A stretch of DNA of 64,000 bases. Origin: a virus (lineage: Duplodnaviria; Heunggongvirae; Uroviricota; Caudoviricetes). Numbering within the stretch: the stretch's first letter is position 1; every line of letters begins with the position of its first letter. Under the pieces are notes generated by a model. That model was not told the DNA's origin. It saw only the letters and a list, made by a program, of their open reading frames with translations, and searched no databases. The translations under genes and the position numbers were made by a program. This document shows, one piece after another, positions 27,300 through 36,913 of the stretch. The stretch lies in the IMG/VR virus record IMGVR_UViG_3300042891_002161; one strand, 5' to 3'.

Positions 27300-28397
27300 A
27301 TGAATATGAATAATAACACAATTGGAAATGAGGAAATGATGGATATCTTTGATGAAACCATATTTACTCGCAAAGGTACTCGCAACAAAAGCACTAAAGA
27401 GTACCAAGAAATGATTAAACTTTATAAACTTGACGAAATCGCTATTCCAGAAGAAGGTCAAGTAGTATCCGCTAAATACGTTGGCATGGCAGCAGGTCAA
27501 TTTGTATTCAGTGTAGTTGGATACAAAGATGACGTAAGAGTTGACGATAAAGTTGGTGAATCAAAATACTTCAAGAACTTAAACTTGAATGATATGATTG
27601 ACGTTTTAATCACTGAAGTTAATCAAGATGCTTTTATGATTAAAGGAAGTGTATCTTCTCTTTATGAATCAAGAGCTCATGCTAAACTTAAAGCACTTGT
27701 TGAAGGTGAATCAGTTATGGTTACAGTTAAGAGTCTTAACCCAGCTGGTTACGATGTTGAATTAAATCACGGTGGTGTTACACTTCCAGGATTTATGCCA
27801 AACACCTTAGCCGGAATCAACAAGCTACACGACCCAATGTCTATCGTAGGACAGACATTCAGTGTAATGATTGAGTCTTATGCTCAAAACGAAGGAACTT
27901 ATATCGTTTCAAGACGTAAGTATCTTCAAACTCTTATCCCTGATGCGGTTAAAGAACTTGAATATAATAAAATATATCAAGGTCACGTTACAGGAACTAC
28001 ACCATTTGGTGTGTTCGTGGAGTTCAACGAATGCTTAACTGGAATGATTCACAAGGCAAACGTTAATCCTGAATGGGCAGAGAAGTTAACTTCAATCACA
28101 CCAGGATTTGAAATTGACTTCTACATCAAAGAAGTGATTAAAGATAAAATTATCTTGACTCAAATTCTTCGTGAGACTCTTTGGGACAACATCAAAAACG
28201 GTCAAATCATTGAAGGTACCGTTAAAGACACCAAAGCATTTGGTACTTTAGTAAACCTTGATGATGAGACAGTGGGTCTTATCCACACTTCAGAAATGGA
28301 GAAGCTTGGTAAGAAATTCACTTCGGGTCAACCGATTAAAGTGAAAGTTTTAAGTGTAGATCGCATGTCTCGTAAAATCTTCTTGACCTTAGGTTAA
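27300..28397 (+). CDS. ribosomal protein S1-like protein (about 4 S1/OB domains)
   Basis: Repeated S1 signatures: GQVVSAKYV..AAGQFVFSV; GHVTGTTPFGVFVEF.ECLTGMIHKANV; GQIIEGTVKDTKAFGTLVNLDDETVGLIHTSEM...GQPIKVKVLSVDRMSRKIFLTLG. Confidence 0.7.
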   Translation: MNMNNNTIGNEEMMDIFDETIFTRKGTRNKSTKEYQEMIKLYKLDEIAIPEEGQVVSAKYVGMAAGQFVFSVVGYKDDVRVDDKVGESKYFKNLNLNDMIDVLITEVNQDAFMIKGSVSSLYESRAHAKLKALVEGESVMVTVKSLNPAGYDVELNHGGVTLPGFMPNTLAGINKLHDPMSIVGQTFSVMIESYAQNEGTYIVSRRKYLQTLIPDAVKELEYNKIYQGHVTGTTPFGVFVEFNECLTGMIHKANVNPEWAEKLTSITPGFEIDFYIKEVIKDKIILTQILRETLWDNIKNGQIIEGTVKDTKAFGTLVNLDDETVGLIHTSEMEKLGKKFTSGQPIKVKVLSVDRMSRKIFLTLG

Positions 28398-28415
28398 GAT
28401 TGATTCTACCAGAAA

Positions 28416-28450
28416 AAGAAAAGCCTCAGACTTATCTGAGGCTTTTTTTA
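28416..28450. terminator. rho-independent terminator (bidirectional)
   Basis: AAAAGCCTCAGActtaTCTGAGGCTTTTTTT. Confidence 0.7.
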
Positions 28451-28927
28451 TTTATATAGTTGTAATATTAGATTAAATCTATCAGGTACATCACCTTCAT
28501 CATATCCACCATATTCTAAATGAACTTTTGATTCTTTATTAGTATGAGTATTACTACCAATGTATTGATAATCTTCTTCTTCTTTTATCTTATTAAAACA
28601 AGATTGAACTTCTAATACCAATTCATTTAATTCCTCAGTGTATTTAACTAAATCTATTATTCTTGAAGGTCTATATTTTTTAGAAGCCATATTAGCCAAG
28701 TTAAGAAATATTCTATATCTTTTGACTTTTTGTTTATAACTATTTCCACCCAAACCTTGTCCTTGATAGTGTGTTATTTCACTTTCATATAATTCAGAAG
28801 TGGCGCCCATATCTATAAACTCAGCAAATACAGCATCAAAGAATTTTTTATCATCTTCTGTAAAGTCTTTAGCTAATCTATCTTCATCTGGAACCCAATT
28901 TTCATTAAATCTATTTAAGTATCTCAT
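28448..28927 (-). CDS. hypothetical acidic protein, CTS-like N-terminus (MRYLNRFNEN)
   Basis: 159 aa. Member of the N-terminal leader family. Confidence 0.5.
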   Translation of the reverse strand: MRYLNRFNENWVPDEDRLAKDFTEDDKKFFDAVFAEFIDMGATSELYESEITHYQGQGLGGNSYKQKVKRYRIFLNLANMASKKYRPSRIIDLVKYTEELNELVLEVQSCFNKIKEEEDYQYIGSNTHTNKESKVHLEYGGYDEGDVPDRFNLILQLYK

Positions 28928-29406
28928 GATTTTACTTCAATTACATATTGACCAGGGTAAGCTCTGAAATCCGACTTAACCATTACCGTAATAACAGTTA
29001 ATCTGAATTCATTATCACCTGGCACTAATTGACAAACAACATTTAAGTTATTTGTTTTATTTTTAATTAAAAATCTATTTGGCTCACCTTCTTTGACACC
29101 TTTAGTTGGGTAATTATCTTCTAATTGATAGATATTGAATTTATCTTGCATGAGAGCAATAGTCAACTCTTCAATTGCTAATTCAATTGTGTCAATGATA
29201 TCCTCATCTTTAATTTGATTTTCTAAAGCACCGTGTCTGAATTGTCTATCACCAGCATGATTTACTTTCTCAACATCAATTCTGATTTCAACAGGTTCTT
29301 TTAAGTAAGCAATTTCCTTAGGAGGTCTACTCGCAGCAATTCTTCTATCAATATAAGGATTGTTAAAAGCTTCAAATGTTTTTAGATTTTTCATTAATAT
29401 ACCCAA
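28924..29406 (-). CDS. hypothetical protein, CTS-like N-terminus (MKNLKTFEAFNN)
   Basis: 160 aa with a 4-nt overlap to the downstream gene. Confidence 0.5.
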   Translation of the reverse strand: MGILMKNLKTFEAFNNPYIDRRIAASRPPKEIAYLKEPVEIRIDVEKVNHAGDRQFRHGALENQIKDEDIIDTIELAIEELTIALMQDKFNIYQLEDNYPTKGVKEGEPNRFLIKNKTNNLNVVCQLVPGDNEFRLTVITVMVKSDFRAYPGQYVIEVKS

Positions 29407-29432
29407 TTTTTGTATTGGTATATATTAATTTA

Positions 29433-30176
29433 TTAAGCCAGTATTTTTAAAACAATATCTTCTGTAAACTCTCTCATATCATCAACACTAATTGTGTCAA
29501 TTGTATCTTTAGAAGAGTGACAGTTGTATAACATAGAAAAGTCTAAGTAAGTATTATCATCCCATTTAACTTGAGATTTACCTTCATTCAAAGGTGGAAT
29601 AGGATTAATAACACAAGAGTCAATTCCATTCTTTCTAAAAGTAACAGAATCGTTATAAGGAGTATTTGTGATAGGACAATCAAAGATTGATTTAATATGA
29701 TCCGATAGTTTACCAGGATAATTACCAATAAAGAAATACTTACCACCTTTACCAGTTAATTCTAAGTTAAGAACCCAGTCAATAGTGCCAAAATAACCTT
29801 CATTAATCTGTTCTGATGCTCTTTGAGAGCCTAAACCACCACATTCTTCACCATCTAAAAGAACAACGTTTATATGAGGCATTAACTTTTTAATTGATAT
29901 AGCATTAATAACAGATGCTGAGTTGTCGTTAGCATTATCAATGTGTGGATTACTAACATCGTGATGAGCAACCACCATTCTATCAGAGTCGCCTTTTAAG
30001 ATAAGATTATAACAAGTAGTTCCTCTTGACTGATAAGTATCTAACTCATAGTCAATATTCTCAGACTGTAAAAGATCCATAAGAAATTGTACCCTTGGTG
30101 TAGGTTTATCTTCATTTGAGTAAACACTACCAAAGTTTCTTACTTTACAAAAATCATATATCTTATTATACAACAT
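29433..30176 (-). CDS. M28-family zinc peptidase-like protein
   Basis: HHDV (HxD), NANDNSASVINAISI (the GxDDxxG(V/A) metal-ligand region) and LLDGEECGGLGSQ (the EE motif). Confidence 0.55.
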   Translation of the reverse strand: MLYNKIYDFCKVRNFGSVYSNEDKPTPRVQFLMDLLQSENIDYELDTYQSRGTTCYNLILKGDSDRMVVAHHDVSNPHIDNANDNSASVINAISIKKLMPHINVVLLDGEECGGLGSQRASEQINEGYFGTIDWVLNLELTGKGGKYFFIGNYPGKLSDHIKSIFDCPITNTPYNDSVTFRKNGIDSCVINPIPPLNEGKSQVKWDDNTYLDFSMLYNCHSSKDTIDTISVDDMREFTEDIVLKILA

Positions 30177-30178
30177 AA

Positions 30179-30712
30179 TTAAACTTTTTCATCAAAAAAT
30201 ACTTCACAGTGATCTTTAGAATAAATACCAGTAATTCCTCTTGGATAAATTTCACCACCCATTTCTTTACTTCTACCCCATTTCATAATAGTAGACATTT
30301 TAGAGAATGACTTAGCCCAAACTTTGATATCTGTTTTAATCCAAGATCCATTTCTTTGTAAAACATCTTTGTGGTCGGTATATTCATCTAAGTGATGCCA
30401 GATTTCCCCAGTATCTTTTCTGAATTCTTTTCTCATATTAGAGATAGACTTTTCATATCTTTTATTGAAAGCATCCCATTGTTCTTCGGTCCAAGTTGAT
30501 GAATCTTTAGGGTGTTTAGGAACAGTATTTGGTTGATATGAACTCATTCCACCTATTAAGAAAAGTTCTTGAGCAATTTTAGGCATAGCATAAAACCCAC
30601 GAGTAGCTGGTGGTTGATGATAAGTCTCTGGTGTCTTTGAAAAACCTTTTTGATTTTTCAAATCTAAACCACCAAATCTTACAAATGTGAATATATCTTT
30701 ACCTTTTAACAT
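30179..30712 (-). CDS. hypothetical protein
   Basis: 177-aa ORF. Confidence 0.5.
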   Translation of the reverse strand: MLKGKDIFTFVRFGGLDLKNQKGFSKTPETYHQPPATRGFYAMPKIAQELFLIGGMSSYQPNTVPKHPKDSSTWTEEQWDAFNKRYEKSISNMRKEFRKDTGEIWHHLDEYTDHKDVLQRNGSWIKTDIKVWAKSFSKMSTIMKWGRSKEMGGEIYPRGITGIYSKDHCEVFFDEKV

Positions 30713-31005
30713 TATTCTAATATCTTTCTTAATTGAAATTCACGCCAAACATCCATAGGCATAAAGTGTTTATCATCAAATATACTAATAAATTCACCAG
30801 TTGTAACTTTACTCACACTTACTAAATTCTTTTCAGCCATTTCAATCCAATCATCAATTTGATATTGTTCACCAACTTCTAATAAGTAGGTCATGCCATA
30901 CATCTTATTAGTCACACAAATTACAATATCTCCTTTTCTGTATCTTATCATTATACAAATATACATAAATATTTTAAAATAAAAAAACCCTTTGAAATTA
31001 ATCAA
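30712..31005 (-). CDS. hypothetical protein
   Basis: 97-aa ORF. Confidence 0.45.
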   Translation of the reverse strand: MINFKGFFYFKIFMYICIMIRYRKGDIVICVTNKMYGMTYLLEVGEQYQIDDWIEMAEKNLVSVSKVTTGEFISIFDDKHFMPMDVWREFQLRKILE

Positions 31006-31018
31006 AGGGTTTTCTTTA
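30981..31018. terminator. bidirectional rho-independent terminator
   Basis: AAAAAAACCCTTTGAaattaaTCAAAGGGTTTTCTTT. Confidence 0.65.
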
Positions 31019-31028
31019 ATAGAAGTGA

Positions 31029-32951
31029 TTACTTCTTGTCTTTCCTTTGGACAGAAAGATCTTCAACAGGCACATCAGTAGTTACTGACTTCACTGTTGT
31101 GTCATTCATACTCTTTCCCATTTGGTTACCCATCATGTTTAAGATTTGAACTCCCAATAATCCATCTATTGCACCGTTCCCGCTTTGTCCACCTCCGTTG
31201 ATTAACAAGTCTGGCATGATTTTCACACCGTTTTTACCAATCTCTTCAGTAACCTTAAATGTTGTAAAGTTTTCTTTACCCATCGCCTCAACGGCTAGTT
31301 TGTATGACTCAGCAGTAGATCTACCCTTGGCAAGGATAGCTTCTGCTTCAGCATTACCAATCAATGATGTTCTTGTAGCATCTGCTTCAGCTTTTAATTT
31401 TGTAGATTCAGCATTAGCCTCAGCCGCAATTTTAACAGAATCCGCATCACCTTTAGCTTTCTTAACAGAAGCATCAGCGTGACGTTCAGCAATTTGAACA
31501 CCTTGATCAGCTTTTACAACTTCACCCTGCATATCCGCAATCGCAGTTTCTTTTTCATAAGTTTGACGAGAGATAGCGGCTTTCTTTTGAGTTTCAAAAG
31601 TTACTTCTTGCTCTTGAGCAATCTTACGGTCAGTTAACGTTTTCATCAACTCTTGTGGTGGTACGATATCACCAATCAAAGTATCAACAGCGTGAACGTT
31701 ATATTCATCTAATACTTTAGAAATGTGTTGTTTCGCTGAATCTTGACGTTCTTTACGAGTAGTTAAGAAAGCGATTACATCAGAGTCTTGAGCACTATTA
31801 CGGAAGTAGTTACCAATTGTTGGTTCTAACACTTGAGATACCAAGTTATTCATATTACCAAATCGTGCAATTACTTTAGGTGCTTCTGTCATTGGAATGT
31901 GAATAATTTGTGATACGTCTAAGTTGAATGGAAAACCATCTTTAGAACGAACAGTGATTGTGTTAAGTCCTTTATCTAAGTTGTGAGACTCAGTGCGAGC
32001 ATTCGCCCAATTAAGAACTAAGTTTGTTGTTGGTACTAACTCAATCTTATTAGTGTACTTATTGATAGGGTATTTACCAGGTCCGAATGGTTCAGCCCAA
32101 ACACCTTTTTGTCCTTTACCAACTAAGTTACCATGTTTGAAGTTAACACCGGTTACGTCAACACCATCTTCACCAACGAAAGAGATAACAACACCAACGT
32201 GACCAATTGGAATCTCAGTCATTTGTACTTCTTCTACTTGAACAGCCCAAGGATTTAAGTTGTAAGTACCAGCCAAGATAGTTTGTTGTTGTAAACCACG
32301 ATTACCACCTAACTCAAGGAATTTATCAAAATCTTGGAAGTTATTATGTCCTTCAACATTTTTACCCGCAATCTGACCATTCTCCAATGGTTCACCATCT
32401 AATGATGTGATTACACCCACCATATTTTCTTGAATAGTAGCTTGTTTAACAATAGACACTTCAAATAAGTGAGTATTGATTTTATAAACTCCATTTGTGA
32501 TAAAAGATGATTGACGACCTTTTTGACCACCGTTAGTTAAGAATGTAACAGAATCTTGAAAGTTTTCACATTCTACTCTACGTCCTAAGATTCGTCCAGT
32601 TTGTGGAACTAAACCATCTTTTGCCGATACTAAACCAATATGTCCTTCTGGGATAACAACGAATCCCTGCATATCAATGTTATACTGCCAAGGCCACATC
32701 CACCAATGTAATCCGGGTGAAAGCATCTTTGCTTGTAAGCCAGCCTCACCATTTACCGCAATAATACGGTCACCTGTAAGTTCTTTATGTTCTCCAAAAA
32801 GAACAAACTTTTTTGTTACTAAACCAATCTTGTTCTCAGGAACAATAACTAGTCCGAAAAATACTCGTAGTATGAATTTATACATCACTACACAAAGGAT
32901 GATTGCTGCTATCCACCAATACCCTGCCATAAAATTTAAAATGTTTGTCAT
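31029..32951 (-). CDS. SPFH/band-7 (flotillin/YqiK-like) membrane protein
   Basis: N-terminal transmembrane helix. SPFH core (FFGLVIVPENKIGLVTKKF...GLHWWMWPW). C-terminal Ala/Glu-rich coiled coil (AEANAESTKLKAEADATR...AEAEAILAKGRS) as in flotillins. Confidence 0.7.
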   Translation of the reverse strand: MTNILNFMAGYWWIAAIILCVVMYKFILRVFFGLVIVPENKIGLVTKKFVLFGEHKELTGDRIIAVNGEAGLQAKMLSPGLHWWMWPWQYNIDMQGFVVIPEGHIGLVSAKDGLVPQTGRILGRRVECENFQDSVTFLTNGGQKGRQSSFITNGVYKINTHLFEVSIVKQATIQENMVGVITSLDGEPLENGQIAGKNVEGHNNFQDFDKFLELGGNRGLQQQTILAGTYNLNPWAVQVEEVQMTEIPIGHVGVVISFVGEDGVDVTGVNFKHGNLVGKGQKGVWAEPFGPGKYPINKYTNKIELVPTTNLVLNWANARTESHNLDKGLNTITVRSKDGFPFNLDVSQIIHIPMTEAPKVIARFGNMNNLVSQVLEPTIGNYFRNSAQDSDVIAFLTTRKERQDSAKQHISKVLDEYNVHAVDTLIGDIVPPQELMKTLTDRKIAQEQEVTFETQKKAAISRQTYEKETAIADMQGEVVKADQGVQIAERHADASVKKAKGDADSVKIAAEANAESTKLKAEADATRTSLIGNAEAEAILAKGRSTAESYKLAVEAMGKENFTTFKVTEEIGKNGVKIMPDLLINGGGQSGNGAIDGLLGVQILNMMGNQMGKSMNDTTVKSVTTDVPVEDLSVQRKDKK

Positions 32952-32996
32952 CTTTTTCTTTTTTAATTGTTATTTAATTTAATTTAACTTATTTAA

Positions 32997-33485
32997 TTAT
33001 TCGTGTTCGTATTCGTCAACACTTACACCATCTACTGTTACAGTGATTTCAGCATGGTCTCCAAATTGAGACATAAAGAAATCCTCATCAAAGTTACGCA
33101 AAAATTCTCTAATTTCATCAGAAGATTTTACTAATTCTGGATCATAATTTAAGTTTGGAACTTCTGTACGACCTTCATACTCTCTTTTTTCACGGTTCCA
33201 AGTACCATAATTTGTGATTTTAGTTTCACTAATCCAATCAGACTCATCTACCGACACACCATTGACATAGATATAGTCTGTATTAGCCGAGAAAGTACAG
33301 GTTTCGCCGTCATTAAAATAAGGTGTGTATTGATTCCAACCAAAAGATTTTACTTTAGGATTTTCTTCAAAAATTGTCTTTGTTAAATCTGTAAAGATTT
33401 TGTTAGAAGCTTCTAACATTTCTTCTTTCAATTTTTTAATTTCTTCTTGTTTCTCGCGAAGAACTGCGAATTTTTCGTTATTCAT
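32997..33485 (-). CDS. hypothetical protein
   Basis: 162-aa ORF. Confidence 0.5.
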   Translation of the reverse strand: MNNEKFAVLREKQEEIKKLKEEMLEASNKIFTDLTKTIFEENPKVKSFGWNQYTPYFNDGETCTFSANTDYIYVNGVSVDESDWISETKITNYGTWNREKREYEGRTEVPNLNYDPELVKSSDEIREFLRNFDEDFFMSQFGDHAEITVTVDGVSVDEYEHE

Positions 33486-33507
33486 ATTTGTCGTATATTA
33501 TCAATTT

Positions 33508-34233
33508 TTATTTTGTTTCAATTTTTTCAAGAATATCTTTCAAAGACATATTTAATAAAGCAGAGTAATCATCTGATGTAATTCCTAAATTAGTTCCAGA
33601 CTTTTGACAAGCCCAATCAATAATAGAAAGATGATGTCTGTTTGGATCAATAATTGATTTAGATAGCATACTCATTAGTTCTAATTCTTTATTAGTCACT
33701 AATTCAATCTTTCTTATGTCTTTTGATTTTACAATTACTGGTTCTTCACCATGTAATACAGAGTTTAAAGAAATCTCACGAGCTTCTTGAGCTGTTAATT
33801 TTCTAAATCTCCAAGAAGAAAATTTCAATGTACGAGGAATACCAACAAACTTAATACTTTTTTCAACGTGAGTATAAGGTTGTTTATTCCAACCCATTTT
33901 TTGAGAAGAAACTGATTTCAATTCTTCAATCTGATACATACAACCCTTACCAAGAGTTTTGTAACTATCTGATGTACAAACAACAATATCACCTTTCGTG
34001 AGTTGTTCAAAAGTAAGTTGTTCTAAATGAGTTGGTTGTACAATAATATTTGTTTTAGGTAAAGGATTGCCGTCTGTTGTTGTGAAATTATCAACAACAA
34101 ATCTTCCAATTCCAAGAATTTCTACAGTGCCTTCTTGCCAACGTTGGTTAGTACCACTATTGTAAAGACTTCCCGTCTCATACCGAACACCTTTAACTAA
34201 TCTCTTAGTTGGTCTTTTACAAATTACTATCAT
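33508..34233 (-). CDS. hypothetical protein
   Basis: 241-aa ORF. Confidence 0.5.
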   Translation of the reverse strand: MIVICKRPTKRLVKGVRYETGSLYNSGTNQRWQEGTVEILGIGRFVVDNFTTTDGNPLPKTNIIVQPTHLEQLTFEQLTKGDIVVCTSDSYKTLGKGCMYQIEELKSVSSQKMGWNKQPYTHVEKSIKFVGIPRTLKFSSWRFRKLTAQEAREISLNSVLHGEEPVIVKSKDIRKIELVTNKELELMSMLSKSIIDPNRHHLSIIDWACQKSGTNLGITSDDYSALLNMSLKDILEKIETK

Positions 34234-34234
34234 A

Positions 34235-34630
34235 TTAATCTAAATTTACTTTAATATTTCCTTTTTGTGAAAGTTTTTCAAAAGATGATGGATGACCTTT
34301 GATGCCATTTTGCATCCAATTAGCAAACTCCATGTTTTCAATATAATCTTGAGGAGTAGGAATAAATCTCATACCAAAATCTTCTAAGATGTGTTGCTCA
34401 CAAACATCTTTCACTGAAAACTCTCTACCAGCCGAATTTTTCATAGTGTACCCAAAAATAGGTATCATTACTTCATGAATCCAAAAACTTGTGTGAGTTA
34501 GTACTCTATGTCTGTTATCAGATACATAAGCCTTAGAACAATCCATTTTCATATGGATATGAAGATAATCTTCTGGTTCGCCTCCAAACTTTCGGGCAGA
34601 GGACTTTGAGTGTATATAAGCGTTAGCCAT
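34235..34630 (-). CDS. hypothetical protein
   Basis: 131-aa ORF. Confidence 0.5.
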   Translation of the reverse strand: MANAYIHSKSSARKFGGEPEDYLHIHMKMDCSKAYVSDNRHRVLTHTSFWIHEVMIPIFGYTMKNSAGREFSVKDVCEQHILEDFGMRFIPTPQDYIENMEFANWMQNGIKGHPSSFEKLSQKGNIKVNLD

Positions 34631-35095
34631 TTATATTTCTATGTTAATTTTATTGAATGCTTCTTGTAAATCTTTTTTAGAAAACTTATTGAGTACAAAG
34701 GTAAGTAAATCTTCTGAATTGTCAAATTTATTTAAAATATAATCTTTCATAAACTCGGTATAGTCAGATTTATCAGCTATTCCAAGTTGTAACATTTTTA
34801 CATTTCTATCCCACTGAACTCCACCGTTAACAACAAATTTGCCCTCAATATTTTTAATTTCAGTAGTAAATTTTCTACGATAGTCTGTTGTGGCTGGTGT
34901 AGTTACTCCTGTGTTATAATCATAAGTTTCCCAATCACGAATAGTCATTTCATGAACTCGTTCTGGATAATCATGTATATTGTCGCACAAATCTTTTGCG
35001 TCTCTTAAACCAAGACCACTACACTCTTTTATTAGCTTAACAAAAGCCAATTTCTGAGTTGTTGGTTGGATTAATTTTATTTTAATAGTTTTCAT
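34631..35095 (-). CDS. hypothetical protein
   Basis: 154-aa ORF. Confidence 0.5.
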   Translation of the reverse strand: MKTIKIKLIQPTTQKLAFVKLIKECSGLGLRDAKDLCDNIHDYPERVHEMTIRDWETYDYNTGVTTPATTDYRRKFTTEIKNIEGKFVVNGGVQWDRNVKMLQLGIADKSDYTEFMKDYILNKFDNSEDLLTFVLNKFSKKDLQEAFNKINIEI

Positions 35096-35703
35096 TAATA
35101 ATGCTTTGATACGATACTTTGTTCTAAACTTAGATAAGAGTCAATAACAAATTGGTCAATTTGATGAACTTGGTCTAATACATTTCTACCATCGTAGTTA
35201 TGAACTACAAAGTTAGCCATTTTATTTTTATCTAAATCGTCAATTTCTGTTCTCATTAAATAAGCAATATCAGAAATTTTATTCTTTGTTAATTCACGAC
35301 ATCTTTCCATTCGTGTAATTTTTGGACAAAAAACAGCAATGTTATGATTCATTAATTTATGCCATTCTTTTTCAAAAAGAACCGATGAATGAAATATAGT
35401 ATAAATAGATGATTTGTTTTTTTCTGAGAATTTATCATAAGCAGACATTAATTCATGTTGAGCAGATTCAAGAACAATTTCAGCTTCTTTTTTTGTTTTA
35501 ATTAAACGAGGATCAATATAACCGGAATTATTATGCAAATGTTTTAGTTTTGATCTAATATCAGAACTTACTGTAATATCATGATTTATGATAAATTTCA
35601 AAACAATATCAGCCTCAAAAACAGGAATAGTTAATTTCCTGAAAACATCACAAATCTGGTTAGTGCCAGAATATCTATTGCCCGAAAGTCCAACTTTTAT
35701 CAT
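35095..35703 (-). CDS. dephospho-CoA kinase (CoaE)-like protein with a degenerate P-loop
   Basis: MIKVGLSGNRYSGTNQICDVFRKLTIPVFEADIV parallels CoaE M..IGLTGGIGSGKST...F...G..V.DAD.IA, but the P-loop Lys/Thr are missing. Confidence 0.35.
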   Translation of the reverse strand: MIKVGLSGNRYSGTNQICDVFRKLTIPVFEADIVLKFIINHDITVSSDIRSKLKHLHNNSGYIDPRLIKTKKEAEIVLESAQHELMSAYDKFSEKNKSSIYTIFHSSVLFEKEWHKLMNHNIAVFCPKITRMERCRELTKNKISDIAYLMRTEIDDLDKNKMANFVVHNYDGRNVLDQVHQIDQFVIDSYLSLEQSIVSKHY

Positions 35704-35780
35704 TTTTTAGAATATATTATTTCTACAAATATAGTAACTATATTTTAATTCGGCAAATTTTTTCTAAATATATAAACAAA

Positions 35781-36743
35781 ATGTACACAAACGAAGAACT
35801 CGGTTTTATTCTTTATAACAACCGCTCAGTAAAAGGCGTTGTTTCTAATTTTTTGCCTAATTTCAATCCTATAAAACTTATGAAAATTGAAAACCAATTT
35901 AGTAAGTGTAAAGAGATGTTTAATAATGACAACAGAATGGTTGAAATCAACATTGATGAATTAGATATTGAAGCTAATGACATTATTGTAACACCTGAAG
36001 AATTGGCATCGCTTACTGATTTAATCACTGAGAATATAGGCTTATTAAATACCGATGAATTTGAGTATTTAGAGAACAGAGGATTTGGTGAGAAAACAAT
36101 ACTAGACTGGGATATATTAGGGTTATCTAATATTACAAGTTTAAAACACCATGAGATATTAGGTTCTACTTGTCACCCAGTTCTTAAAAAAATAATGAGT
36201 GATGGTATTGAAAATGGTGGTATATTAATTCCACTTTTTAAAGATGGTGTTTTAATTAATTGTGCTGTTAGAAAGATAAATTCTTCTAAGTCATTAAAAT
36301 ATTCATTGGCTTGTCCTGATATTCCGGTTTGGGGATTAGATAAGTTTGAAAAAGGCAAAGAGATTTGGATTGCCGAAGGCATATTTGATACGATAGCTCT
36401 TTTTAATTTAGGTAAAAAGTCTGCTAGTTGTTCATCTGGTATGTGGTCTGGTTTACAGCTTTATCAAGTTCTAGAAAAAGAGCCAAGTTCAATTGTGGTA
36501 TTTGCTGATAATGATTCTGTTGGTTTAAGAACATCGGCTATTTTGAAGGAATTTTTTATAATGAATCATATTCCAACACGAATAGTTATTAGTAAAATAG
36601 CGAAAGATCCCGCTGAACATTATTTTCAAAAAAATCAAACTTTAGATAATCTTATGGAAATTGATGTAACTCTTGATATGATTGAAGAACATAAAGATGA
36701 TGTTTTTAATTTCCTCAGACATATGAAAAATAGAAAGTATTAA
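35781..36743 (+). CDS. Toprim-domain protein (DnaG-type primase-like C-terminal half)
   Basis: IWIAEGIFDTIAL (conserved Glu) and VVFADNDSVGLRTSA (DxD) match the Toprim motifs. No zinc-ribbon or RNAP domain is recognisable. Confidence 0.55.
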   Translation: MYTNEELGFILYNNRSVKGVVSNFLPNFNPIKLMKIENQFSKCKEMFNNDNRMVEINIDELDIEANDIIVTPEELASLTDLITENIGLLNTDEFEYLENRGFGEKTILDWDILGLSNITSLKHHEILGSTCHPVLKKIMSDGIENGGILIPLFKDGVLINCAVRKINSSKSLKYSLACPDIPVWGLDKFEKGKEIWIAEGIFDTIALFNLGKKSASCSSGMWSGLQLYQVLEKEPSSIVVFADNDSVGLRTSAILKEFFIMNHIPTRIVISKIAKDPAEHYFQKNQTLDNLMEIDVTLDMIEEHKDDVFNFLRHMKNRKY

Positions 36744-36778
36744 TTAATATATACTTTACAAAAAATTTCTAATATTTT

Positions 36779-36913
36779 ATGCCTAATAAATTACAATTTT
36801 ACAACGATAGTGATGTTGGTTATGATCATGAGTGGTACTCAGATGAGTTAATTGAAGAAGTTAAAATAGAAGAACAAATAGAAGAAGATGAAAAAAAACC
36901 TAAAGAAGTATAA
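36779..36913 (+). CDS. possible small acidic ORF (44 aa) overlapping the start of the next gene
   Basis: ATG is 22 nt downstream of a TTAATATATAC motif. The product is MPNKLQFYNDSDVGYDHEWYSDELIEEVKIEEQIEEDEKKPKEV. Not in the ORF track (below its length cutoff). Confidence 0.25.
   Translation: MPNKLQFYNDSDVGYDHEWYSDELIEEVKIEEQIEEDEKKPKEV

Noticed and set aside
31198-32982. Small plus-strand ORFs (31198-31482, 31993-32202, 32677-32982) antisense to the SPFH gene
   Set aside because: They are fully nested antisense to a well-supported 640-aa CDS. Ala/Ser-rich composition is expected from the complementary strand of a coiled-coil region.
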